Assembly: GCA_951406725.2 (NCBI GenBank)
Contig: OX597826.1
Location: 9,796,001 to 9,860,000, forward strand
Direction: 5' to 3'
Source of the DNA: Octopus vulgaris
Lineage: Eukaryota
Length of the DNA: 64,000 bases
In this document: positions 40,467 to 55,918 of the stretch, one piece after another
Position numbering within the stretch: the first letter of the stretch is position 1
How the letters are laid out: every line of letters begins with the position of its first letter
Notes under the pieces: generated by a model
The model's input: the letters and a program-made list of their open reading frames with translations, nothing else
Databases searched by the model: none
What the model was told of the DNA's origin: nothing
Made by a program: the position numbers and the translations under genes

Positions 40467-43400
40467 ATTATTTGAGGGAATAATAATCCAAACTTACAGG
40501 GGAAAAATATTCAATTTAGAAATACTAAATCAAATTTCACTCAATATAATATATATATATATAAAAATTAGAAAAAAAACACCTTTTATCCATTCAAAAT
40601 GAACAATTAAATTACACCATCTAGAAAATTGTATATAATAGAAATATTAAAAGTAAAATATCAATAATTAAGTAAATTGCAAAAAAAAAAAATAATAAAA
40701 ATAATAAATAGTAAATTATTATAATTTACTTAATTATTGATATTTTATTGTTATTTTAATTTTAATATTTCTGTTATATGTAATTTTCTAGATGGTGTAA
40801 TTTAATTGTTCATTTTGAATTTTTCTAATGTATATATATATATAAAATAAAGGATAAAACTGTTGAAAATTTTATCAGTGGCCAGCATATAAAATAGACC
40901 TATTAAGATGAATTCATATATAGAGATTTATAATAGTATAAAATACAATTATAATTAGGGGCATAGAAGTGACCATGCCTGTGCTGAAAGTAGCCACTAA
41001 ATTGTCAAGCCACTTTAAAATTATCGTTTTTATAGTAAGTACCCAATGTGTTGAAATCAAGGGAGCAGACTTACAGAACTCCAGTAATTGGTCAATCCAA
41101 GGTTGACTATTTTATGAATTTCTGCGAGCCTGCTCCCTCGATTTCAACATAAAAGTCATCATCATCATCATCGTTTAACGTCCGCTTTCCATGTTGAATG
41201 GGTTGGACGGATGACTGAGGGCTGGCGAACCAGATGGCTGCACCAGGCTCCAATCTGATCTGGCAGAGTTTCTACAGTTGGATGCCCTTCCTAACGCCAA
41301 CCACTCTGAGAGTGTAGTGGGTGCTTTTACGTGCCACCGGCACGGAGGCCAGATAGCCGCTCTGGCAACAATCATGCTCGGATGGTGCTCTTTGACTATT
41401 TAGCATCTACTTTCAGCATAGGTATGGTCCTTTCTATGCCCTTAATTATAATTGCATTTCATACTATTCTAAATATATATATGTATGTATTAACTTCAAA
41501 TTATTATCAAAGTTTTAAATCAATCAGTATCTCAGCTGGTGTTGCAATGTAATCAGAGACTTTTGTTCCTCTGTTATGTGAAATTTATACAGAATTTTTA
41601 GAAGTATATTAGTGTCTGTGTAGTGTAACCTGATTGTAGCTCCTAGAATATTATGTTCAACTCTTTGGATAATAATGCCCTAGAAATTACCTCTGGTTTT
41701 TTATAATACAAAACCTCTAATTTTATAGTGTTCATCAATCTTATAACACATGCCATTGTGTATATTTACATATTGTGAAGCAAAGGGGAGAGAGCACCAA
41801 TCATTGTGGAGTTATTTCTCCTGGGTACTCTGCATGTGTGTGTGTGTGTGTGTGTATTTGTAAACAAATTTGTCATTAAAAAATGTAGTAATTAAAAGAA
41901 TTATTAGATAGTATCTGTAATAATTTGGCTTTGTAGTATCAGCATTTCTCTACAATTGACAAAATTCTTAGTTTGTGTTCTAATATGAAACTTGAAAAGT
42001 TTTTTTTTTTTCTTGTATTCAACATGATTTATTATAATGTCTACTATATTTAACCCTTTAGTGTTCACATTATTCTGCCAAAATTAATGCTTTTTCATCC
42101 ACATTGTTTTGAACTAATCATGCATCATCTTGTAGCTGTGAGATTTTGATGAGGTAACTGTTAACTTTTAAAACGATATTGTAGGGCTGGTGTGAGAGAC
42201 CAATTCTGGCCAGTTTGACCATAAAACAGACAGAATACTTTTGGCCGGATATGGCCAGTTTAAATGCTAAAGGGTTAAATATTTATATATTTATAAATAA
42301 TTGTATTTTACTATATTTTAACCTTGTTTTTATTATCATTTTCAATACACTAAAGGAAGATATATTTTCTGTCATTATTAACTGTATTCGTTCAGTAGTA
42401 AAATGAAAACTATTTCTCTATAATTTTATGTTCCAAATGACAACTTAATAAATGAACCAGAAGTGAATTATTTTACTTAAACCCCTCCAAACTTTTATTT
42501 TCTTTCAAAATTAGTCAAAGGAAGTGTATTTAATGAGAAAGCATGTGACCTGGTGATTAGGATGTTGTACTCAAGATTATAAGATTGTGGTTTCAATTCC
42601 CTGATCAGGTAGTAGTGCATTGTGTTCTTGGGCAAGACACTTCATTTCACATTGTTCCAGTTCACTCAGCTGTAAATGAGTTCCAGCAATAACTGGAGAG
42701 TTAACCCTACTGTGGACTGGTGCTCTATCCAGAGGGAAGTGTTGTAATCTCAGTTACTTATGTGCCATAGAAACCAAGTTAAGTTCCTGCCTTCTGAGTC
42801 CTTGGGCTCATTGCAGACATAAGTGTATTTAATTAGAACTACTTTTATGAAAGGTTTAAAAGAATGCGAGAGAGAAAGAGTAATTGTGGATATGAAAATA
42901 ATTTATGACCATTATGATGTATGTTTGACTTGCCCCACTGCATGAAACTTGTGATTAGCTGAGTCTAGGAGCCAGTTCTGATTCCTGATTGAAGCCAAAT
43001 TCTCTTCACTTATTTATGTCCTCGACATGAAGGGAATATGAATGCCATTACTTATCGTTTACCCTTTTCAAAAAGAAAAAAATTGAGCAATCACATATTT
43101 ACTCTTTTACTTGTTTCAGTCATTTGACTGTGGTCATGCTGGAGCACCGCCTTTAGTCAAGTAAATCGACCCCAGGACTTATTCTTTGGAATCCTAATAC
43201 TTATTCTGTCGTTCTCTTTTGCTGAACCACTAAGTTACAGGGACGTAAACACACCAGCATGGGTTGTCAAGCGATGTTGGGTGGACAAACACAGACACAT
43301 AAACATATACACACACATGCATACATATACATATATATGACGGGCTTCTTTCAGTTTCCATCTACCAAATCCACTCACAAGGCTTTGGTTGGCCCGAGGC

Positions 43401-44697
43401 TATAGTAGAAAACACTTGCCCAAGGTGCCACGCAGTGGGACTGAACCCAGAACCATGTGGTTTGTAAGCAAGCTACTTACCACACAGCCACTCCTATGCC
43501 TATGCAAAAAAAAAAATTTTTATTTTGGTTAAAACTTGTGCAATGTATAAAAAGTAAAAAATTATAACTAACGCAGAAGACAACGTCTTTACACCCAAAC
43601 AATGGAGCCTCTACACAGTCATTCAACATACTAGAAATAGCAGTTGAATTTCCCTCAAACCATACCCTATAACTCTGTGGTTAAGAAGCTCGTTTTGCAA
43701 CCATGTGATTGCAGGTTCAGTCCTACTGCACAGTACCTTAAGGAAATATCTTTTTCAATAACCCCAGGCTGTCCAAATACCTTGTGAGAAATTTGGTTGA
43801 TGGAAAGTGTGTGTGTGTGTGTTTGTCCCTACAACCACCAGTGTTCATTTGTTTGTGTCCCTGTAACTTATCAGTTCAGCAAAAAGAGACTAATAAAATG
43901 AATACCAGACTTAAAACAAGAACTCGGTTCAATCTGTTTGACTGTACCCTTCAAGGCAGTGCTCCAGTTTGGCCTCATCCTTCTGACTGAAAAAAAAAAA
44001 GCCAATAAAAGATATATTAAAACAAAAAGGATGATGTAGTCCTGTCTACAATCATGTTGATTAAGGCTAAGAAAAAAAATGGGATGGTCATGTTTGTAAT
44101 GTCTTTGTTCATTAGTTTGTTTGATCAGAGCTGACCTGGGGCTGAACACAAATAATAGTGAAACTTCAGTGTAGTCTTTTGATGCCATCAGTAGACGAAA
44201 CAAAATCTCACTCAACTAGAAGAAGTTTCTAGAATGTTTTGAAATTCTTAAGAACTGAATGTCTGCCTTAAATAATATAGATTGAATAACCAAAGCCAGG
44301 ATTTTGATCAAAGAATTCTTTGATGACTTATTGCCTTGACATACATTTACTTTGTCTGGGTTGATAAAAACTACTTAAAATCATCATCATCATCATCACC
44401 ATTGTCATTGTTGTTATGGGGAAATTATTATTATTGCTATTATTATTAGTAGTAGTAGCAGCAGCAGTAGTAGTGGTAGTAGTAGTGGTAGTAGCAGTAG
44501 TAGTGGTAGTAGTAGCAGTAGTAGTAGCAGCAGCAGTGTCAGTAGTAGTAGTTGTAAGGTGGTGAGCTGGCAGAATCATTAGCATGCTTAGCAGCATTTC
44601 ATCCATCTTTTATGTTCTGAGTTCAAATTCCACTGAGGTTGACTTTGCCTTTCATCCTTTCAGGATACACACACACACACACACACACACACATATC

Positions 44698-44737
<40 letters not shown>

Positions 44738-45079
44738 TATCTCTATATATATAAACGGCAAAATGTCTGTGTGTGTGTGTATCCTTTATACAAATCTACA
44801 ATTTTTCAGTTAGAGGGCTCGCACTTTCTATGGTCATTCAAAACCGTCCCAGGGTGGTCGTGCACATCTTTACATTTCCCTAGTCACCCCGCAAAGCCAT
44901 TAAAAAAACAATAGAAGTGACTCTTTTGCGAATTTTCTATCCAAAACCCAATCAAAATGCCCAAAACTTGATACGCTAATTGAATGCCAGCAAGCTGTAT
45001 GTGACTGGTCAGAGATTTGGACAGTACTCGCGTGTATGTGTGCATGCACGCAGCTGTATATGCATGCACTAGCACTATG

Positions 45080-45110
<31 letters not shown>

Positions 45111-48100
45111 ATTGTTAATTATTTGCAGAACCTCTTATAGAATCAAGGTATTTTAATAATAATGACACCAAGGTAGGGTCGAGAGCAGCATATCTGTGTA
45201 TCAAGAGTATATGTGAATACTCACATACACACTAATGTATATACGAACTTGTGCTATCACTTACATATACATGCACATGGATTGATCAATATAAGTATCC
45301 ACGTATAGGTAAAATCACACACATGTATATTCTGGTATGCAGTCTGTGGCCCACAGTTCGTGGCCAGATCCAATGTAGGGAAGGTTTCGAATGCGGTATT
45401 GTATAAATAATAACATGAATAGGCTGAGGTTCACTATAGCTGTTTCAGACACGGGTTTTTTTGGGGGGAAGGGACTTTCATTGGGGTTTTTTGTTTTTTA
45501 GGAACAAATCAATTACATTAAATATATTATATTAAGGCGGCGAGCTGGCAGAAATGTTAGCACGCTGGGCGAAATGCATAGCCATATTTTGTCTGTCTTT
45601 ATGTTTTAAGTTCAATTTCTGCCGTGGTTGACTTTGCCTTTCATCCTTTCAGGGTTGATAAATTAAGTACCAGTTACGCACTGGGGTCGATGTAATCGAC
45701 TTAATCCATTTGTCTGTTCTTTTTTTGTCAACTCTGTGTTTAAGCCCCTTGTGGGTAGTAAAGAAATATATATTATATGTAAGTATAGTATTTCTAGAAT
45801 ACCTTTACTCGTAGGTCTGAAGAGCAGAACTAGGACTAATCACAATCACCATCATCATCAACATCTGTCTCTGCTGTAGTTTCTCTAGTGTTTCAAATGG
45901 TATGATGAAGGATAACAGTGAAATTTAAGGGGTTTTTATTTTTTCTGTGGTAGGTGGGATGTGAAGAGTTTTATCATAATCATTGTCCTACTTCTGTTCA
46001 ATGCACTTTGTTATGTTCTTTGCAAAGAATTTGGCCTTTCATTATTGGTTTTATTAGCTTTGATGGAAGAGTCTGAGAACGAAAATCAGCCGTTAACAGA
46101 GGCAGCTGTACAAACAGACAACTTGTCAAATTTTCTGAGTGACAAATAGACATGGCAGATAACATCACCTCATATTTTTCCTTGTAGTCGTTTCACTAAA
46201 CTATTTTCTCACCAGTTGAGATGAAAGCCTCTCTTTCTGAGACTGTTTGAGAAGTTACTAATATTTCAGTTCATATTCAGCTGGGGGAGTGCCTGGTCCC
46301 AAAGGTTGCTGGTTTAGTAAGTGGCCATGTAGCTACTGTCAGAGATTATTTTAATAATAGTCTTGACATTAAAGTTCACTTTAAAACACAGAAGCAATCA
46401 CACCATCATATAACCTTATCTCATCTCACACCATTACATTCTCTTGTTAAGGATCCCTTAATTCCACAATCTGTTCTCTCTAAACTTGACTGGCGTCGAG
46501 GTTCTATTTTTTCTTTTTCTTTTTCTTTAAATACTTATGTATTTTGAAGCAAAGAAAGACAAAAACAAAAAAGAAATAGCATTGAATTATTTCAATGAAC
46601 TTTTCAAGTAAAACCATTGGACAAATATTTGAAAAGCAAAATAATATAACGATCAGTGCAGGCATGGTTGTGTGGTTCGGAAGATTGCTTCCCAACCACA
46701 TGGTTCTAGGTTCTATCCCACTGCATGGCACCTTGAGCAAGTGTCTTCTACTATAGCCCCAAATTAATCATAGCCTCATGAGTGGACCTGAAACTGATAG
46801 AAGCCTGTCGTATATATGTAAATGGGTGTGTCTGTGAATGTATGTTTGTGTCTCCTTATCTTCACATTGCATGATGTTTGTAAATGATCCTCACTCTCAT
46901 TACAAACAGTGTCATGTCCAGTATTCTGTGAGGATGTGCCTGGTCATGGGTCATGCCTCAATAAACTCCATCCAGCTTGTGCAAGTATGGAATAGTGAAC
47001 ATTAAGATAATGATGATGATGATGATGAACATGATTGTGATGCCACTGTCCATGATGATGACATTTTTAAATGGAAAAAAAACTGAATGATAATTTTATT
47101 TTTATATTTTATATTTAGGTGGGTAAAGTGGATTGTGAAGAAGTCTTAGGAAGCACCAACAAGTTGGAATTTCTCTGTTTTGACAGAAATGTTTCAGATT
47201 TTTTTTTTATCACGATGCCCTTGAAAATGCTCTGGACTATCTTTTTAGTAAAAAAAATTTGAAAATTTATGATTTTTATCAAACCCAAACCTCACTGGTC
47301 ATGGGATATGCTAGAAACTACAGCCAAATCTCCCTTAAATCATCTGAAAATATTTCCTTTTTTTTCTTACTGCGAAAAGCTTCTATAGTTTTTTAAGTGC
47401 ATAGTGCCCACAAAATCAACCAAAATTGATCCAGAGAGGGGAAGATGGGGTGGGGGTAAAAAAAACACTTTTTTTTTTTTTAAATATAGTCCAGAGCTCT
47501 TCCAACGGCACCATGAAAAAACAATCTGAAAAATCCCTGTCAAAATGGAGAAATTCAAACTTGTTGGTGCTTCCTAATTCCAACATCCACCAAAGTCTTT
47601 AGAGTTTGTTTACTTGTTTGTTTTTCTAAAACAGTAAAAGGGACATTTACCATTCAGTTCTGCTGTATGTTTGAGAAGCTCACTTTGCAGCCATGTAGTT
47701 TGGGGTTCAGCCCCACAGCGTAGCACCTTGGTCAAGTGTCTTCTAAAATAATCCCGGGCTAATTAATGCTTTAGGAATGAATTTGGTAGAAGGAAACTGT
47801 GTGGAAGCCCATCACATATGTATGTGTTTGGGTTTGTCCCCACACCATCACTTGACAACCAGTGTTGATTTGCTTACAACTCAATAACTTAGTGGTTTGG
47901 CAAAAGAGACCAATGGAAGTAGTGCCAGACTTCAAAATAAACGCTGAGGTTGATTTGTTTTGACTAAACCTTTAAATGCAGTGCTCCATTATGGCCAAAA
48001 TCCAATGCTCAAATTGAGTAAAAGGCATGTTTCAGTTCTATATCAAAAAACAGTATCAACTAACAAGAACTGAATATGTTTCTTTCTTCGAGTGAGTCAA

Positions 48101-49032
48101 ACATCTTTCCACCCATGGCCATGGTGTCCCATTAAGTTGTAAGGTGATGAGCTGGCAGAATCATTAGCATGCTGGACAATATGCTTAGCAGCATTTCGTC
48201 CATCTTTTATGTTCTGAGTTCAAATTCCGCTGACAAAAGCAAAAAAGAAATAACATTGAATTATTTCAATGAACTTTTCAAGTAAACCATTGGACAAATA
48301 TTTGAAAAGCAAAATAATATAACGATCAGTGCAGGCATGGTTGTGTGGTTCGGAAGATTACTTCCCAACCACATGGTTCTAGGTTCTATCCCACTGCATG
48401 GCACCTTGAGCAAGTGTCTTCTACTATGGCCCCAAATTAATCATGGCCTCATGAGTGGACCTGAAACTGATAGAAGCCTGATTAAACAAAAACAAAAAAG
48501 GTAATGGTCATCATTTTAGTTGTAAGGTCTTAAAGGAAAATACTTATCTAAAGTCAAAGGAAAGTACTTATCCAACAACTGCTTGTATTGTCTCTGTCGC
48601 CAGTGTGTAATGTGAGAACAAGAGAGAGTTTCAAGTCCCAAGGAAATTAGTTCAGCTAGTTTCAGCTACCAGACTGGACTAGTTAAGGATATGGACTCTT
48701 CCAAATATTTCCTGGTTGACACAGGAGCCAGTGTCAGTATTTGGCCTTCACGGTTTACTTCTTCTAAACCCCAACCACCTAACGTGTTCTTTACATTTAA
48801 TTTGTATAAATATTCTGTTTGCGCTTTGCCAGCTCTTGTGTGACTCTTTTATTCTGGAGCCTAAGTTACATTTTAAGGCATGGCTGTGTGGTAAGGAATT
48901 TGCTTACCAATCACATGGTTCCAGGCTCAGTCCCACTGCGTGGTACCTTGGGCAAATGTCTTCTACTATAACCTTGGGCCAACGAAAGCCTTGTGAGTGG
49001 ATTTGGTAGACAGAAACTGAAAGAAGCTCATC

Positions 49033-49082
<50 letters not shown>

Positions 49083-51568
49083 ATAACTATATGTGCTTGT
49101 TTGTGTCTGTGTTCGTCCCCCTACCACCATTTGACAGCTAATGTTGATTTGTTTACATTCCTATAACTTAGTAGTTCAACAAAAGAGACTGATAGAATAA
49201 GTACGAGGCTTAAAAAGAAAATAAGTACTGGGGTTGATTAGTTTGACTAAAATTCATTGAGGCTGTGCTCCAGCATGGCCACAGTCTAATGACTGAAACA
49301 AAGTATAAAAGATTTTTTTTTTAATCCCTTCTCCTTGGAGCGTGAGGACATGAACAACTTTTCCCCCCTGTTTTTGACTCTGATCTGTAAGGCCTTCCTT
49401 TCTCAGTCCCTGATGGTTTTGAATTGCCATCAATGCTTCTGTAACTTAGGTATTTCCTTTGTAGAGATGTTGTCTTTAAACAAACCCATTTTTACTTTTG
49501 GGAAGAGGTGAGCCATATTAGTCAGGCATCTATCCCTTGGCCTGTCAAGCATGGGAGGCCTTACTGGGCCCTTGCACTCCACTGGTATAGCTCCCAGGGT
49601 CATTAAGGTATGCAGGCCAATACCTCTCCCCTCCCCCTCCTACCTCTGCAAGAAGGACTGGACCTTGTGGTGGAAATGCTTTAATTACCCAAATACAAAT
49701 TAGGACTTTTACTACTTAAGAAATTTATACTAACAACATTGGAATATTGGAAGGGGACTTTGTTTTAATTTCCACCTAAATTTCTTAGAAAGAAAAATCA
49801 TAATTACATAATTTTATTTCTCTATCTTTATTCATCTAAAGTAGAATAAAATGGTAGACTGGAATTCATCTTGGGATACAGTTTTAATAAATTTTACATT
49901 CAAAACCACTGTAAGTAGTAAAAGTAAAGTTACCTTCTTGTGTCATACTGACTCATAAAGGGCCAATTTCCCAGTTTCCGTGGCATGGAAACTGGATGGG
50001 ACGTTGGTCTGTCATGAGATTACTCCTTTTTGCCAGCTGAGTGGACTGGAGCAATGTGAAATGAAGTGTTTTGCTCAATAACACAATGCATTGCCTGGTT
50101 CAGGATCTTCTGAGTGTGTTACTTGAAATAGATAAGGGTACCAGAGTAGCATCAGGACCAGTTCTTTGGGTAGGGAATGACCGAATAATCTAGATGTGAA
50201 GTGTTATATAATAATGAAATTATTGTATACAGTGCTCAGGTGCACCACAACTTATCAGAAAGTGCATATGAGTCAGATACATGCTTGTGTGTGTGTATGG
50301 AGGGGAGGAAATCAGGTGTAGTGTTCGTGAATCCCAGGAAGCATGGAAGTTTTGAAGGATGCAGTGCTCCAACAACTAACAACTGTTGCCGGCAGTTTGT
50401 TCCATGCTTCAGCAACCTGCCAGAATGAGATGAGTGGGCTTGGATGCTGGCAATACAACATGGCTAACTTGACATTGAACTTGTTTTGGCAACAGACACT
50501 GGACACACGGACACACAAGAACATACACATACAAATAGAGATGGGAAGAGCAAGAGAGATATTACAGTTTATTAATTGAACATGACTGACATAAACACTT
50601 TCTCTCTTCCTTATACAACATAGAGAGAGAAATCTGCTCAGACACCATAAACACAGAAAGTAAGGTGTAGGGAGAATGAATGAAAGAAACATCAAAACAT
50701 TTGATGCTAGATACATCAGTGTCACCAAAACATCTCATTCCCCTTTATTCCACGTTCCCTTTTTCTGGCCTTGCCAAAAAACACATGGCTCAAGGATGTC
50801 CCCTTTCCTCTTCAGGAAGAGAGGTACCTTGCTAAACTATAAAAATAATAAACTTAACATAACCAATCTCACCTGTACAGGTAACATGTTATAAAGATTA
50901 ATTTTGTTGATTACACACTGCTTTTACCCAAGAATTGGTCTCCAACTGAGTCCAAAGAAAATCAATAACAGACATATCAATATTTCTGTAGGTAATAAGT
51001 TAATTTTGCTAAAAAACATGGTTGTGTTTTCCTCTTTTACATAGCATCTTTTTTTTTTATTTATATAATCTTTTTCTTGTCATTTATTTATTTATTTACT
51101 TACTTTTTTTGTTTTTCTAATTTCTCTTTGAAGAAAACTAGTGCCATGCCGCCGTAAATATAATGGTATTGAAATTGACTGTCGTATTGATAACCTGCCC
51201 AGTTTGCCAGACGAGGTAAGCTATGAAGCTTTTAGCAGAAAATTTTCTTTCATTCTTTCTCTCTCTCCCTCTCTCTCTCCCCTCTCTCTCCCCTCTCTCT
51301 CTCTCCCCTCTCTCTCTCTATATATATATATGCATACACACATACATTTTAACATCAAACAGGGCCTACAACCAATATGTATTCAACATATGAAATTTGA
51401 TAATAATTGGAGCACCCATAAAATGTAGACATCTTGTAAAATTATTATCATTATTGTTATTATTATTATTATTATTGTTATTATATGGTGAAGAAAAATA
51501 AGCTGTAAACATGGAATAAATTGTCCTGTTTTAGGGACATGTCAGACTTCATAGAAAAGCTAGTTGCT

Positions 51569-51636
<68 letters not shown>

Positions 51637-52194
51637 TATCTACAGATATTAAACATGAGAATGCTAAATGTGAGGATTTCAAATTTAGAAAAAGAATCAA
51701 AATTCCAAAAGCTTCAAAGACTGAAAACTCAGACTGTTGAATGCCATAGGGTTGTAAGATCAAAACTCTGAATTTTGAACTGTTTTAAAGCAAAATTAGG
51801 AGAAAATTGGACATAAATGACATTTATTTACAGATATAAAATTGGATTTATTTCAGAAACATGTTCACCGTCTTTTATTCTGCTTATTCAAAATAACAAA
51901 TGCAACAGAGATATAGTGAGCTTATTTCAAAAAAGCAAACTGTGTGTTATGGTGATATGATATATCACATATGGAACTGGTTTATTGAAGTAGATTTTTT
52001 CTATGGCTGGATGCCCTTCCTATCACCAACCTTCACCCGTTTCCAAACACAGTAATATTACCCCATGGCCAGACATGTTTTCATAGTTTAGAAATGAACT
52101 ACACTGCTTGTTAGGTTACACGTAATTGTTCATAGCTAATTGTGCAATGTCAATCAAGGAGATACAAATACAACCAAACACATACATGTGTGCA

Positions 52195-52228
<34 letters not shown>

Positions 52229-52846
52229 TGTGTGTGGCTTAGTGGTTAGGGTGATGTACTCATAACTGTAATATTGGAGGTTCAATTCTTGGACTGAGTA
52301 TCATGTTTTCTCTTTGACCAAGGCCCTCCGTTTTATATTGCTTCAGTCAACTCGACTGAAAATGAGTGACAACCAATTGCTGGTGCAGACCCTTCTACCC
52401 TCCAGCTGTCACAGCCCCAATGTTCCCCTGGGTCAAGGACAAGAAGCTCAGAGGATGGTTAACACTATATTGGTAACTAAAACAATTACATGGCACAGAC
52501 TAACATGTCATACTCATTTGCCAGTGAAGACTATATCTCGCGTGTGTATATATATATGACTCCAACCCATGCCAGCATGGACAACGGACATTAAATGATG
52601 ATGATGATGAAGATCATATATATATTTCTTTACTACCCACAAGGGGCTAAACACAGGGAGGACAAACAAGGACAGACAAAGTCGATTATATCGACCCCAG
52701 TGCGTTACTGGTACTTAATTTATCGACCCCGAAAGGATGAAAGGCAAAGTCGACCTTGGCGGAATTTGAACTCAGAACGTAACAGCAGACGAAATACGGC
52801 TACGCATTTCGCCCGGCGTGCTAACGATTCTGCCAGCTCGCCGAAG

Positions 52847-52884
<38 letters not shown>

Positions 52885-54071
52885 ACCACCACCACCAACC
52901 GATCATGGCCGTTGCCAGCCTCCCCTGGCACCTGTGCTGGTGGCACGTAAAAAGCACCCACTACACTCACGGAGTGGTTGGCGCTAGGAAGGGCATCCAG
53001 CCATAGAAACACTGCCAGATCAGACTGGAGCCTGGTGCAGCCTCCTGGCTTCCCAGACCCTGGTCGAACCGTCCAACCCATGCTAGCATGGAAAACAGAC
53101 GTTAAACGATGATGATATATATATATAATATATCATTATCATTAGCTGAGGTCGACTTTTCCTTTTATCCTTTCAGGGTATCACTTGTCTATATCCAGAC
53201 AGGTGATACCCTGTCAGGGTCAATAAAATAAGTACCAGTTGAGTATTGCAGTCAATGTAATCAACTTAGCCCCCACAAAAAACTTTCAGGTCTTGTGCCT
53301 ATGGCAGAAAGGATTATCATCATTTAAGGTCCACTTTTTCCATGCCTGCCTGGTTTAGACAGAATTTTTCGAGGCAGGCTTCCTACTGCCAGGTACTCTT
53401 CTTATTGCCAACCCTCACCTGTTTCCAGATGGTAATATTTTCCCATAGCTAGAATATTTAGACGCGTTTTACAAAGAAGAATGGAAACAAACAACCTTGC
53501 TTATATGATGATACGCATTTACAACCATCATGTCATGTCTAGACAAGATACTCCTACAATGCACATGTGCATGCAATAGGCTTCTTTCAGTTTCTGTCTG
53601 ACAAACCCACTCACAAGGCTTTTGTAAGCCCAGGTCTGTTGTAGAAGACCCGAGGTGCCATGCACTTGAACTGAACCTGAAACCAAATGCTTGGGAAGCA
53701 ATCTTCTCAACCACACAGCCACACTAGCTTGTTCCCCCATATACATATCATCATCATCATCATCAACATTTAACACCTGTTTTCCATGCTAGCATGGGTT
53801 GGACGGCTTGACAGGAACTAGAAAATGCCAGGGGGGCCACACCAGTTTCCATAGTTTGTTTTAGCCTAATTTCTATGACTGGATGTTCTTCCTAACGCCA
53901 ACCACTTTACAGAGTGTACTGGGTGCTTTTTACATGGCACCTTGGTTTTTAGATTTCAGTTCTGTTGTGCTGGGCAGGTCTTATTGAGTACAGCAATGTG
54001 TCCCATATCTCGGTCATCTATCATCTCCTTCATAAGGCTCACCATTTTGAAACTGGACTTTAATACTTTGT

Positions 54072-54107
<36 letters not shown>

Positions 54108-55868
54108 TTGGTTGGCCATCTGGATGGCCAGATAACCGAAGAGATGGTGGTGTGGATTTCCACCTCAGCATCCGAAACTGCTACTGAATAATTGTCACAT
54201 ATTATTTTACAGATAAATTCCTCTATTTACATAATATTGAGGTCTTTTTCTTTCTTTTGTTATCTTATCGTTTTTACCAATATATATATATATATATAAA
54301 ATACAAAAATGGGACAAGAACGCAAAACATCCAGACAGGTGATAGAAAAAAAGGGACGCCTATTGAAAAATTACAATTTCTTATCCAGTAACACCTGTCA
54401 TTTAATACGATTTTCATAGGATTTTTAAATTTAACGTTGCCTATTTTTAAATATCTTTTCTTCAGCCACTCTACTATGATGATGAATTTGATCGGAAATC
54501 TATACGACGTCATCTCCCTTCAACCAAGAGTTATGATTCAGATGACCGCTGTTCAGTTCACACACAGAACTCACCTACAGCTGAAACACCTCTAATTACT
54601 GAACCGAAGAAACGTAATAAAACCAATGTAAGTAAATTGTTGTATTTCTGATACTTTTATGTTTTTTATTCTCATGAATGGAGAGATGGAAACAGCTGTA
54701 GAGCAAGACATTTGTTTCTGTCCCTCGGTCATAAGTTAACCTCTCATCAACTAACATAAAACCACCTTCCTCAAAACTCCTTTTGTTCCTTTTCGAGCCA
54801 TGCCTGGCTCATAAGGGCCGGTTTCCTTGGCGTAGAGGTTCCCCCACCTGGACGGGACGCCAATCCATCGCAGGTGAGCTGCAAGATGCAGGAGGAAAGA
54901 GTGAGAGAAAGTTGTGGTGAAAGAGTCAGCAGAAGTTTGCCATTTCCTTCTGCCGGAGCCGCATAGAGCTTAGGTGTTTCACTCATAAACACACACATTG
55001 CTCGGTCTGAGATTCAAACCCGCGATCCCTCAACCGTGAGTCCGCTGCTCTAACCACTAGGCCATGTGCCTCCACTTCCTCAATAATACTCCCACCTCCC
55101 TCAATAATACTCCCACCTCCCTCAGTTGAAGTGTCTTGTTTTGCAAGTTACTTGGTAACCTCAATGGTGCTGGTTCCACATAAAAAGCACATAGTACACT
55201 CTATAAAGTGTCTGGCATTAGAAAGGGTATCCAGCTGTAGAAACCATGCTAAAATAGATGTAGGCGCTCAGTATAGTCTTCTGGCAATCCAGTTCCTGTC
55301 AAACTGCCCGACCCATGCCAGCATGGAAACTGAACATTAAATAGTAATAATGATAATGTTGTGTAAAGCTGCTTAGTTAAAACTAAATGAGGCAAAGCCT
55401 GAGGTTCTCTAGAGCACACACAGTCAAAGAATTTGTTATTTCAAAATCAAGGATTTTCTTTTCACCCAAGTTTTCAAAGACAAGACAGCACTGATGTTTG
55501 ATTTTACTGTCCTGTGTATCAATATATTTCCCTGGTGTATGTGTGTTGTATGTAATACACTTTCCCAGTTTCTTTCAACCACCAAAGAATATTGGAAATT
55601 ATGAAAGGAAAGCTTTATGTTACTCACAACAAGAGTAACTAAATGCCTGTTTTTTTAATAGTATTTTACTCTTTTACTTGTTTCAGTCATTTGACTGTGG
55701 CCATGCTGGAGCACTGCCTTTAGTCGAGCAAATCGACCCCAGGACTTATTCTTTGGAAGCCTAATACTTATTCTATCGGTCTCTTTTGCCGAACCACTAA
55801 GTTACGGGTATGTAAACACACCACCATTGGTTGTCAAGCGATGTTGGGGGGACAAACACAGACACACA

Positions 55869-55918
<50 letters not shown>

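Noticed and set aside
45961-46149. 62-aa ORF with signal-peptide-like start
   Set aside because: GTG start, no convincing gene structure or homology; probably decayed TE
48232-48480. A-to-G changes in TAG context suggesting an edited RNA template
   Set aside because: Only three such changes, alongside two G-to-A changes; consistent with ordinary transitions
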